Shown: positions 35,630 through 46,603 of the stretch, piece by piece
How the letters are laid out: every line of letters starts with the position of its first letter
Numbering within the stretch: position 1 is the first letter of the stretch
Translations under genes and position numbers: made by a program
Assembly: GCA_051294375.1 (NCBI GenBank)
Contig: CM119267.1
Coordinates: forward strand, 18,757,439 to 18,821,438
DNA length: 64,000 nt
Direction of reading: 5' to 3'
Source: Paraspadella gotoi
Taxonomy: Eukaryota > Animalia > Chaetognatha
Notes under the pieces: generated by a model
Databases searched by the model: none
Told to the model about the DNA's origin: nothing
Seen by the model: the letters and a program-made list of their open reading frames with translations, nothing else

Positions 35630-36009
35630 CCGAAATAACTCGTCGCAAACACGTTTGGCGTCATATCTGTCGTCAGTTAACCGTCTACACGCGGATGTAT
35701 CTGTCGTCTTTTAACCCGTAGAAATTTATATCGATGACTTTTATGTCATTAACGTTAAGTGACGATAAAATAACAAAATAACAAAAACAAAAAACAAGCT
35801 ACTATAGAAGTGGGGAAATAATAAGATTAGAACTGGAGAGGGAGTGGAAACTGGAGAGGAGGGGGGTCATGTTTACTCGTAACGAAAACAATTAGAACTG
35901 TTAAGAACGGAATCAAATGGAGTAAAAATTGCAGAATGAAGGCGACTCAATACTCATTACTCAATCGCGTCAAGTGACCAAAACACGTCTCAATTTTGTT
36001 TACTTTGAA

Positions 36010-36220
36010 GAGACTGGTTTTTACAGGGCACCACACCCGCAGCGGTGTCACCACAGCGAGATAGCATGTTCATGTAGTCCAGAGCTCTTGGATCTGGGAG
36101 AAGGCCAATGCCTACAGGCGGGTTACCCGGTCCATCCCACTTTCTACATGTCAACCTCAGGGCTCCAACCAGGGACGCACATTGGGATGGTGCATTAGTC
36201 CACTGAGCGACTGAGGCGCT
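36010..36220 (-). mobile_element. tRNA-derived SINE-like element
   Basis: The minus strand begins AGCGCCTCAGTCGCTCAGTGG (A-box-like), followed by GGTTGGAGCCC (B-box-like) and a roughly 150-bp body. Its GC content contrasts with the flanks and it has no cloverleaf. Confidence 0.5.
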
Positions 36221-37006
36221 GCTTTAATCCATCTGTGGTGATAGGACCACCAGAACTGCCTTTTAAACGGAAACCCGGATTTAAAATATCGATTAAACTA
36301 AATATTCTGATCCGTTTCGTTAAAAATACAGAACGACTTTTTTTATAACCTACGCTAAGCTACGTCTTTTTTAGGTATTTACGAAAATCAAAACAAAATT
36401 TCAACCATTTCAACGTAAAAACTAAAATCATGATTTTATTCTATAACCTCCTAGACAAGAACTTGATTATAAGCCAAAGTTATTTATTGAGATTAGCCAA
36501 AAATCAGAGACGAGTACATCGAAGACAAAAGTTGAAATTCAACATAGATGTATTTTTAGGCAATTATAAAATCGTGTGTATATTTATAGATCTTAAATGA
36601 AATGAATGACTTTCTAAAGTCCTCCAAAGATAATCATAATGGTAATTAAATAAATACAATGAATGTTGTTAAAAATCGTTCAATGCCCTGATTGAAGGGA
36701 GATTGCAACGTCCGCTTTTTGTATAGCAGTCAGATTTTAAACAAAGGGCTTGTTCGTCATATTCAAACAAAGGGTTTGTCAGTCAAAATTCGAACGGAAT
36801 ATTGTCAGTCAAAGGAAAACGAGTTCAACGATACAAAAAAAATGACATTCACACTTTTATTTTTGATTTTACGGCTTTGGAAAAAAAAAAAAAATACGAA
36901 ACAGTGAAAAAAAATTGTATTAAATAAAACGCACTCGACAACAGAGTAGTCAATTATCGATACAGAGCACAAATAAAAAAAGTAATAAAAATAATAATAA
37001 TAATAA

Positions 37007-40000
37007 TCAATCGACTTCGGCGTCCAACTCTTTCGGGTTGAGAATCATGGCGTCGAGGACATCGGAGAGAGAGATCATTCCTTCAACGCGACGCTTCTCA
37101 TCGATCACGACCAGGCGGTGGATCTGTCATTAAGGGGAGGGGGGGCGGAAATGGGCGTGGTTTTACGACAACCGAGCGGACAAATTTATGAATTGAACAA
37201 ATATTAAACAGGGTTCAGGGCCAAAGCAATTTTTTGGGTTGTCTAACTATTTGATTTTTGTACCGACAACTATGAATTTGTACAATCCAATAATCTACCA
37301 AACGAATAGACAAAGCGATTGAATTTGATCATATTCGACTCCGAAGTCATTGAGAAAAACCATGATATAAAAATATGATTTAATTTAAATTAATATCTTT
37401 TCCCTATTCGTGCCTGGTATCTGGCGAGGCGTTCGGCGACGACGGCTAGGGATTCCGACTTCCTGCAGGTGACGACATCTTCGAAGACTTCGGGCCGCGC
37501 CGCCACCGCCTCTTGGATCGTCGTCGTCGAGAGGTTTTGGTAGATGCGCTCCCGGCAGAGGTGGAGCACGTCGAACCTACAGGGGTTTCAAGATTTTTTT
37601 AAATGTCAGATTTCAGAGTAATTGCATATTGCATAATTTTATAAGTTATTTTAAAGCGTATGCTGATGACATCTTAAAATTTTATCCCAATAAATGGAGA
37701 ATAATCGTTTGTTTGAACAGCAATATTTAAAGAATTTTTGTCCAAAATAAGCAGAAAAGCTATCAATTTTTTTGTGAAGAAAAACAAAAACAAACAAACA
37801 ACAACAAACAGCAGTTTTCAAACCGTGAGTAGAGATCAGCAAGTGTTCCGTCTTTAGAGATGACGGGCAGGGCAGACACGCGCCGTTCCAAGAATAAATA
37901 GAGGGCGTCCAACAAGAGCATGTCCGGACTCACTTTCGCGATGTTACGAAAAGTTCCTGAGATGAAATAATGTTTCATACGAATAATTAGTATAACTTTA
38001 ATGGAAACATAACGTTAAATTTTATTTTCCGGTTTTAAAACATAATTTATTATGGAAACTGTCAAATCATATCGCATTGGTGGTTCCGTGGTAGAATACT
38101 CGCCTGCCACCCTAGTATTCTGCAGATCGCGGGTGGCCCGAGTTCCATTCATGGCCAATGCAATACCTTTTTGCTTAAAAAACGTTATTCAGAAACAGAC
38201 AAAGACAAAGACTGACGGATATTTGACTGACATCTTTAAGTGCAATTCTAAATCCTGAAACTTTCAGAATATTTTCAACGCTTCGTGCATTGGTATTGGC
38301 ATTTTTGCACCGACGGGCGGTTTTAAGCAGCTCAAGAACATGTATTCAAATACAAAACAATTTTATCCTTTAAAATTAACGATCAAACAGCGGCATTGGT
38401 GGTTCAATGGTAGAATACTCGCCTGCCAAGATACCCGTTATCAGATCGCGGGTGACCCGGGTTCGATTCCCGGCCAATGCAGTTATTTTAGGTAATTTGC
38501 ATGCAAGAAGTATATATATGCATTATACAGAATACGCCCTTGCCTGGTCATTAAGGCGAAGTAAAAGTTTGGAATCAAAATTTCGCAGTTGTATCTTGAA
38601 AATTATCATATTAGTGAATTTACAAATATAGTAGCCCAGTCAGCTAATTTTGTATATAGTACTACCCTTATATAATGTTTAAATTTCAAAATGTTTTGTT
38701 TTAAATTCTGAGAACAGATTAGGAGAACAGATTCGGAGAACAGTTAATAAAAGAAAGTATAAATCGTTTTCAAAAATTAGGTCATTAAGTAGGTTAAAAT
38801 TACAAAAAACTATATTTTTAAGCTGGAAATTAAAAATTGGCATCTTAAATATAGATTTTTACATTTTTGACGAACATAAAGAATCCAAATCCGATCCTAA
38901 AATTAAAAAAATAGAATTTTTAAATCTTAACCTATTATATACTTAAAACTATATAAAAATAAATTAAATATAGCTCACTGGTGCCCACTAATGCAAAAAA
39001 TTAAAAAAGAAATTAACCAAAATATTTTCATGTTTTATTTGCTAAATTTTAATTTGATAAAATTTTATTATTTTCACATCACTCTTCCGGTCATATCATT
39101 TAAAACAGGATAATTGGGCTTGATTTTCGGTGACGATCTTTTTTTATTGTCTGCAACGCTGATGGCATTTTAAAAGTGGAATATCCGATATTCTGCTGGT
39201 CAATGCAGGTAGATTCCCGGCCAATGCGTATTTTTGCAGGTATGGTTGTTGCTTAGATAAATAAAACTCAAAGATGCATGTATGATTCAATGGCAGAATA
39301 CTCGCCATTATCAAAGTTGGTATTTTAAAGGAGAAATATTCGCCTAATACCACAACCATCCGTTATTTGAGGAGGGCGTCGGCCTTGATTTCATGCGAGA
39401 ACTGCTGTATGGCATTGGTGGTTCAGTGGTAGAATACTCGCCTGCCATTACACATAACCGCAGGTCGCGGGTGACTCGGGTTCGATTCCCGACCAATGCA
39501 TATCAGATGATCAAAGGGAAATACACGTGAAAATAAAGTCACTTCATTCTCTCTTTTTTTTGCCAAATCGTTTTTCTTACCAATTCCCAGACTCTCGATG
39601 CTTTCGAACATAAACGAAGGACTCGGCAGCTCGTAGATGTAGAGGAAGAGAAATCTGAGAAGTCGTTTATGAGTGATGATGTGCATGAGGTTCCCACCCT
39701 CGGATTCTGCAACAGAGAAACATTTACTCCATCAGGGGAAATATTTACCTAATCCTTTAATTTAATTTTAAATCAACATTTGTTTTTATTTTATTTCATA
39801 TCAAATACTTGCTTCGATTTTGTATTTACCTAATCCTAACCTTAATCCCCAACTCCCTAACTCTCTTAACCCTAATCCTTAAGAAAACTCTAACCAAAAC
39901 CCCTAACCGAACATTAATCCCTAGCCTAAACTCTTTTACCCAACATTTAACTAGATATAACTTAAAATCCGTTTTAATTCCAAATTTATGGCGAAACAGG

Positions 40001-42969
40001 GCGTTTTGGGAAAATAAAGCCCAATTTCTGGCCCTCGAAATCGCCTCCTTCTCCTCCCATTACCGATGAGCGGAAGGCGATGAACTTTGTTCTGAATGAG
40101 AAGCTCCAGCGCTCGTGGAGCGAGGCTTCCGCATCCCACGTTAAAGGAGCGGACGAGAGTCGAGGTTGAGCGCCCGGCGCCACTCTTCGATGCTGGAGGC
40201 GGGAAACAAGGGATTTTGGGGGAGACAGGTTGGAAGCGGATTTTGTAGATGGGGTTGTTTTCTTGACCTCACCTCAGCTCCTCCAACTGCTCGAAGTGGC
40301 CATCACCGAGGCCGCTTCTCAGACCTTCCTCGTGATACATCACCAACAGGCGGATGAAGTCTGGGGGAGTTGAAAAATATAAAATTAATACATATTTACA
40401 GTATTAAATTCTTATGAACGATATGAAGAAAATATTTACAAATAAATAAATAAATAAAGCAAGAAAGAAAAAAGAAAGAATGAAAGAATGAAAGAAATCA
40501 ATTAAATAGGGAAGAAATAAAAAAGAAATATAAAACTAATCAACTCTAGAAAAACTAATGAACGAAAGACGTCAAGCTTCATGACCTCGCCTAAACGACC
40601 TCACCCCCACGCCAATCTCACCTACCCGTCAAGGTAAGCATTCCGACGAAAGTCTGCGCCTTTGCGTCCCAGAGTGTGGAGGCCGAGGCTGTTGTAGGCG
40701 AGGGCGAAAAAGGCCTTTTTGACTCGGAGTCGAGTGTCGAGCACGATGACTTTATTGCTGCGGCGCAGAACGTCGTAGGCCTTGAAGGCCCTCATGAAGG
40801 CCTTGTATACTGAAGAGAGGGAATTCCGGGGGGGTTGAGCTTTGAAGGTTATTATATGCCGACTTTTGATAATGACGCCGCCGTCTGCGAGGGGATAGAG
40901 TTTTTATTGACATTTTATATTTGAAGATGCATGTATGCAATGTATGTCTCAGAAAGGAAGGGCCCGCAATCTTTGTCAATGTTAAGCAAAAACGGAATGT
41001 ATTAAAATTAATCATTAGATTCAGGGTTGGAAAACTATACTAGAAAAACACTATGACAGTGAGATGTAACAAAGATACAAAATCTCCCCTTGATAACAAC
41101 ATGCAGATCTAAAAAAAAATAAACAATAATCAACGTGGCATGTAAAGTGTAAAACGAGGATTACCCGTGTTCACATCCTCAATTTCACTAAGGCCCAAGC
41201 GGTCGAACAAGTAATCTTCTTTGCTTAAAAGGGGTACTGGTCCATAGCTGACAGTGATAGAAGAATTAACGTTAATTATTAAAATCCGAAAAAAATAGTC
41301 GTCATTCAATGTCTCGCCTGAAATTGGGGGGCGACGGCAATTGCGTGGAATGAGCCGAGCAACGGCAGATGTCGTGGTTGTGGACGATGCTGCCATCTTG
41401 TAGCATAAACGTTCCCGTATCACGATTCGTTTGCGCGTTCGTAGAACCTGAAAAAAAAAACAAACAACAACAACGACAAATACTATTTTTTTTTAGTTAT
41501 TATTAGCAAAATATTAGAAACGTTCTCTTGAATATTCAATAGACTTACCAGATTGGCCACCCGCCGAAACGCTGGGCAACTTGAGACGCAAGCGCGAGTG
41601 ACGTTTTTCCTCGTTTCTCGTCGACTTCCGGTGAAGCGGAGAGTGTGACGGCGTTGAGGCGGCGCTGTGATGTGAGACAAGTGATCGCTTTTAGCGAAAA
41701 AGGGTCACGGGCGTGGAAATATTTCTAATTTATAAACCGAGTGGAATTGTGGTCGGGTAGGACGGATATTGGGAAGAGGGTCCTCGTTTGTCAACTTACT
41801 CATTTTCATTAACTTACCGACCTAACTAAGTCGACTCTTTCTCTCCATCTCCTTCTTATCTCTGTTCGATCTTATCTTATTTCTGCGAAGCCTTTCGTCG
41901 TTGTCGGCGTCCGGTTTCGTTGTTGTTGTTTTGGTCGTCAATATCAACGCAGAGAATGGATTATCAAGTGGCTTGTCTCTCTTGGCTTCTCCGTCTTTTC
42001 TTCTGATTGACCAATCAGAGAGGAGGCTTCCCTCAGGAAACCGACGGCAGAGAAACGAGAGAGGGAACTAGATCACTCTTCAACTTACCTTCAAGAAACT
42101 AACATCAAACTCCTTATGGACTATTTGTTATATTGTTTATTGCCTGCCTTTTCTCTGCATAATCTACATATTTTGTATGTTAATTATCATCATCCCAATG
42201 TGTTCTTATGTCAATAAAACTCCTCCTATTTCTCCCTTAATAAACCACGCCTACTTCCTTCGTTGTGGTGGAAGCGGTGGGATTCGAACCCACGTCTCCG
42301 TTGATATCTACACTCTACATTCTACATTCTATATTCTACACGATATTATTTAGCTCACCTTCCATCCGCCTCGCCACCGGGCCACGCCGGCCTCGAAAAC
42401 GCCAGCGACGGCGGATAATCCGGCGAGAGCAGCGGCGTCGCGTGCGGCGCGCCGGGCGACGGCGCCGCGTCGATTTCGGCGGAGGCGTGACGCGAACCGA
42501 GATTGGCGCGAAAGGAGGAGAAGGGAGTCCGCCAGGGGGACGGAGGTGGTTTGGGTGGATGGCGAGGGGAGGAGGCGTGGGATGAGGAGGAGGGGGAGGA
42601 AGGGAGGGACGACTTGGACGGAGGGAAGAAGGAATCCTAAGCGAGGAGGAAAAAGAAAAGGAATTGAGGAATGAATTAAGAAATGAATTAATGAAAGAAT
42701 CATTCGATCCATCATTCAATCGGTCAATCAATTCAAATCACCCTGAGTCCGTCGAATTGAAGTTTCTTCATCGCGACCATCATCGTGTTGAATCGATTCT
42801 CGAAGAAGTTTTCGTCGTTCGCTCCTCCTCCTCCTACTCCTCCTCCTCCATCCCCTGCTCCAACTCCCACTACATTCTCCCCTTCGACTCCTATTCCTCC
42901 GTTCCGCTCCCTCGATCCCTCTAAAGAGGACGGAGACGAGGAGCAAGCGAGGACCCGTTCCTCCGCCAT
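37007..42969 (-). CDS. PRKAG: 5'-AMP-activated protein kinase gamma subunit-like (4 CBS domains; PRKAG/SNF4Agamma family)
   Basis: Core exons are 41247-41165, 40809-40626 (VKKAFFAL..LWD..FVGMLT), 40360-40273, 40192-40064 (NKVHRLP), 39706-39581 (THKRLLRFL), 37956-37824 (RRVSALPV..YSR), 37576-37414 (FDV) and 37123-37007 (IHRLVVID..ISLSDVL, stop). In-phase upstream exons 42969-42742 and 42636-42359 give a long low-complexity N-terminus. Two exons contain homopolymer-type frameshifts (see findings). Confidence 0.9.
38074..38162 (+). pseudogene. trnG-GCC: tRNA-Gly(GCC) with 18-nt intron (38110-38127), probably a pseudogene
   Basis: The GCATTGG/CCAATGC acceptor stem and GCC anticodon are intact. 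However, A14 is changed to C and the B box/T-arm is damaged (AGTTCCATTCA instead of GGTTCGATTCC). Confidence 0.8.
38393..38481 (+). tRNA. trnG-GCC: tRNA-Gly(GCC), intron-containing (intron 38429-38446)
   Basis: Removing 18 nt after position 37 gives a canonical 71-nt Gly-GCC cloverleaf. The A box, the B box GGTTCGATTCC and a T-run terminator just downstream are present. Confidence 0.9.
39165..39306 (+). pseudogene. Two decayed tRNA-Gly relics
   Basis: 39165-39228 ends in GATTCCCGGCCAATGC and contains TATTCTGC, as in the intron of the 38074 copy. 39276-39306 is a degenerate 5' half (GATTCAATGGCAGAATACTCGCC). Confidence 0.6.
39412..39500 (+). tRNA. trnG-GCC: tRNA-Gly(GCC), intron-containing (intron 39448-39465)
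   Basis: Canonical cloverleaf after removing 18 nt at 37/38. The T-stem has a compensatory change (TCGGG/CCCGA versus CCGGG/CCCGG in the 38393 copy). The nearest T-run is about 50 nt downstream. Confidence 0.9.
41318..41406 (-). CDS. Putative alternative first coding exon (short isoform) of the AMPK gamma-like gene
   Basis: ATG at 41406 reads MLQDGSIVHNHDICRCSAHSTQLPSPPNF. It ends AG|GCGAGA in phase 2, in frame with exon 41247-41165 across a 70-nt intron. An upstream acceptor lies near 41447 and a GTAAGT donor near 41548. Confidence 0.45.
41550..41720 (-). promoter_or_regulatory. Candidate internal CpG-rich promoter / first non-coding exon of the short AMPK gamma isoform
   Basis: CpG-rich segment with CCGGAAGT (ETS-type) and GTCACACT (Ohler motif-1-like) on the minus strand, directly upstream of a CTG|GTAAGT donor. 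Confidence 0.35.
41748..42265 (+). mobile_element. Possible solo-LTR-like segment
   Basis: About 520 bp starting with TGT, with two AATAAA near its 3' end, directly followed by the TGG-initiated tRNA-complementary tract. It lacks a terminal CA and a clear TSD. Confidence 0.35.
42266..42300 (-). other. 3' fragment of a tRNA-Leu including CCA (PBS-like on the + strand)
   Basis: The minus strand reads CGGAGACGTGGGTTCGAATCCCACCGCTTCCA-CCA: variable-arm end, T-arm, acceptor 3' strand, discriminator A and CCA. No 5' half is adjacent. Confidence 0.75.
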
Positions 42970-43460
42970 CTTCGATTTCTGACCTGAAACAAAAAAAAGA
43001 CAATATATTGAATTATTGATTTTCGTCTTTGACATTTTGGCAAGAGGCAGATCGATTTGTGCATTTTAAAAAAGTAACACAGCGTTTTGTTATTTGTCAG
43101 TCAAAAGTTAAATTGAATTCAACTAAATATTTTTTGAAACATATTTGCTTTTACCGAAAAAAAAAATCCAAGATTTTTTCTTTATTGTCTTTGTTGTGAA
43201 TTGCTAAGATATGAAGCAACTCTATTAGATAAATCTCTTTCATTCGATTGCCCGCGATTCTCAATGTCCATGAAGAACTAAAAACGGAGATAAAGCAGAT
43301 TACCCGACGAGTCGGTCAAGAAACAAGCGCCTTGACCTGGGAAACATTTGCCAACTCTGCTCCGCAAAGAGGCGTCACCAAGGAGGTTTGAAATGGCGAC
43401 CAGTGAGTGGGAATGAATGACAAGCAGTCGCAGCTTAATTGGAGAGATGCGTCACCAGCG

Positions 43461-43521
<61 letters not shown>

Positions 43522-44128
43522 TCTAATCAAGCAGAAAGTTGACCGAATCTCCCGAGAGAAAAACGGAAACGCGATTTCAGTGACCGAAGGGAAATCGAAA
43601 GACGATTAAGTCGAGCGGAATGAGATTGAGCAATGAATGAGCAATGAATGAGCGATGAATGATGGATGAATGAGGGATGAATTACCATTAAATTAGCGGT
43701 ACATGGGCTTATAATGAATTAAGTAAATGACCGAATAATGGGAAAGAATGTATCGGCAAGAAGTAAATTATAAAAATATAAAATAAGCTATGCAGCTTTG
43801 CACATGATCTCCGGGACCGTATCGAGAATAAATCAATAAACACTTGCAAGAACATGTTGAGATGTTGACACGTAAAGATTGGCTAATGAATAAGAATAAA
43901 ATCGGCAATCATGACGTCGTTGCGTTGTAGGTCAATTTAAATTTAGCGTTCAAACTTTAAAACCGAGCTACGGATAAAAAGAAAATACATTTTTTTGATG
44001 AATTCGATTTAAAAAATTAAGAATTTTTGTTTTCATCCTTTAATTGACGAAGCGCATTTATTTGTTATTCTCAATAACAAGTATTTTTCGTGAGATTTTC
44101 ACCCATCGATTCGACTCGAGGACGAGTG

Positions 44129-44237
<109 letters not shown>

Positions 44238-46539
44238 TCCGAACTATCTGCGAAAAAAACCAACAACCAATACTGAAGTTGTCAAATCCGACAATCAATT
44301 GTCATAATAAAACATTTAAATACTTTGGCTGTGATTTTATATTACATAATCTTTTTTTTCAAACATAAAAAAAAGGAAGAATCGTCTGCTACGATCAAAA
44401 GATTTTTCTTAAAGTTAGAATAAGAAATCACATGTCAAAACATCGGATGAACGCGATCTATCATGCAGAGATTCAGAGAGAGAGAGAGAGAGAAGGAGAG
44501 GGGGAGGGGGGAGAGAAGAGAGAGAGATAAATGACACAAACCGATGTTTACGCGATGCATTCCCCTGAGACGGTGATATTGATTGAACAAAACAGTTTGA
44601 AAGTTGGACTCTCGTCTCGCAATTGGAGAAAACGCTAATTCGAAACAGGAGTTTATTCTTTAATTACCGAGATTAAATAGTTTTAAATACTAATCGGCCC
44701 CAAGTAGGGGGAGACTAACTCAATAAGGTGGTTAAGAAATTGAATTAAGCACCTACTCAAACGAAAATTTAGACATTTTTTAAAAAATTTGAATAGACAA
44801 AATTTTTTTATATTACTCCATAATCCATATATTAATTTTTTAATATTTATTTATAAATAGGAAAGGCTAAAAATTTTTTTTGGATTTTTTGATTTTTAAG
44901 ATCAGATTCAGGTAGCTTGCAAAAAGTATAAAGTATAATTCTTTTTTCGATATTTTGATCATNNNNNNNNNNCCTATTGAATTTAATTTCATAGTAGATT
45001 TCTACGCCAAGTCGCCTGAAAAAAAAAACTTAATTGATGAATTTTTTTTTCCAGCGACTTTTTCGTTCGTTCGTTTCGTCGATCGGTTACTTTTTTTTCT
45101 TTTCCGACTCAAGACTTTCATCATTGTGATTTCGAAAAATCCGACCGTTCCGATCACATTTGACAAGCGTTGAAAAATTTATCTTTTTAGCGTTTGATGA
45201 TTGAGAAATTCACGAAAATTTTTTTAAAAATTATAATAATTAATTATAATATAATCATAAGCTTATATTTCGGGTCGTCATCGAGAGAGGTTTCGACGAA
45301 AACTACGACAACCAAAACGACATCTATCGTCGTCCATCGTGAAAGCGGAAGAGAAATGAAGGGGAAAAAAAATGGAATCGAATTCCGGTCACGTGATTCG
45401 AGCGCGTGCGAGAGACGAACGCGTCGCACGTTTCGCACGCAAAATGGACTTCGTCACTCACCTCAAACGCGTCGAGTCTTTATCCGACTTCACATCCTTC
45501 ATATTGATTTCTCCGTCGTCGTCGTCGTCGTCGTCGATCCCGTCATCGTCTGCATTGGATGACTTGGTCGTCGTCGTCGTCGTCGTCCTCGTCGTCGTCG
45601 GCAATTGCCGTTATCTTTCTCCAAAGTTCTTCCCTCCGTCTGGATCGTCGTTAACGACGGGGAAGAAGAAGAGGAAGAGGAGGAAGAGGAGGATGGGATG
45701 TTAGGGGTGGCGCAAGATTGGAGGGGGGGGGGAGAAGGCAGGATGACGCAAGTAGATGGGCGTGGAGGACGTGTCCCTGACGCAGCAAGGATGACCGCAG
45801 GTAGGATGAGCTTTTGTTTATTTTGATCCTTGAATGAGAAAAATAAACAAATTGAGGGTCAAACATTTGAATGTCGTCGCCATCTGGTACATTGGTTTCC
45901 GACAACGCATGCAGGGATGGACGAAGGGAGTGAGATTGGGAATGGTAAGGGCTAGGGCAAGATTGGGTAGGGGTTAGGGTAAGGTAGGGGCGTGGCAATT
46001 TAAGGATGAGATGAGATCAAAGCAAAGTAGAAATTTTAAGCTCTTGGGCGGAGAGACGAGGTCGAAGAGGTCCTTTTAATCTTTTTCGTTTTTATTTTTC
46101 TTCTTTGGATTTATTGGGCGATTCGGGCGTGAGCCTTTTGTTTAAAATCGAGTCTGATGCTTTTTTTTGCGAGATCAGCGCCAGTGCAGTTGAAGCGGAA
46201 AAAAAATGGATTCGAGAAGCCGTGGATTCGGGAAGCGGATTAGTACGAATTACAAAGCATTAAAATGTTGTTAATCACAATGACTTGCTGGAGTATTTAG
46301 AGCTTTCGGCGCGTTGTATGTGGGCTTTATGAGAGAGCAGAGCAGATGACTTGAGAGAGAGAGAGAGAGAGAGAGAGATCAAAATATTGCGTGCCGTTTC
46401 ATGTCGAAAACTAAAGCACGGGCTTCAGAAATATTGTTTGTTGTTTTTTTCTTCAAAGATTCGAACGATCGCGAATCGATTCTTCATTTTCCGCTCGCAT
46501 TGGTTTTTTTTCTTTTTGCTTTTTCTCGTTTTCTTTTTT

Positions 46540-46603
<64 letters not shown>

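Noticed and set aside
39820-39950. Interstitial telomere (CCTAA/CCCTAA-like runs; also about 360-470 and 11490-11520)
   Set aside because: Highly degenerate and associated with the same TIR-like ends, so better explained as MITE interior.
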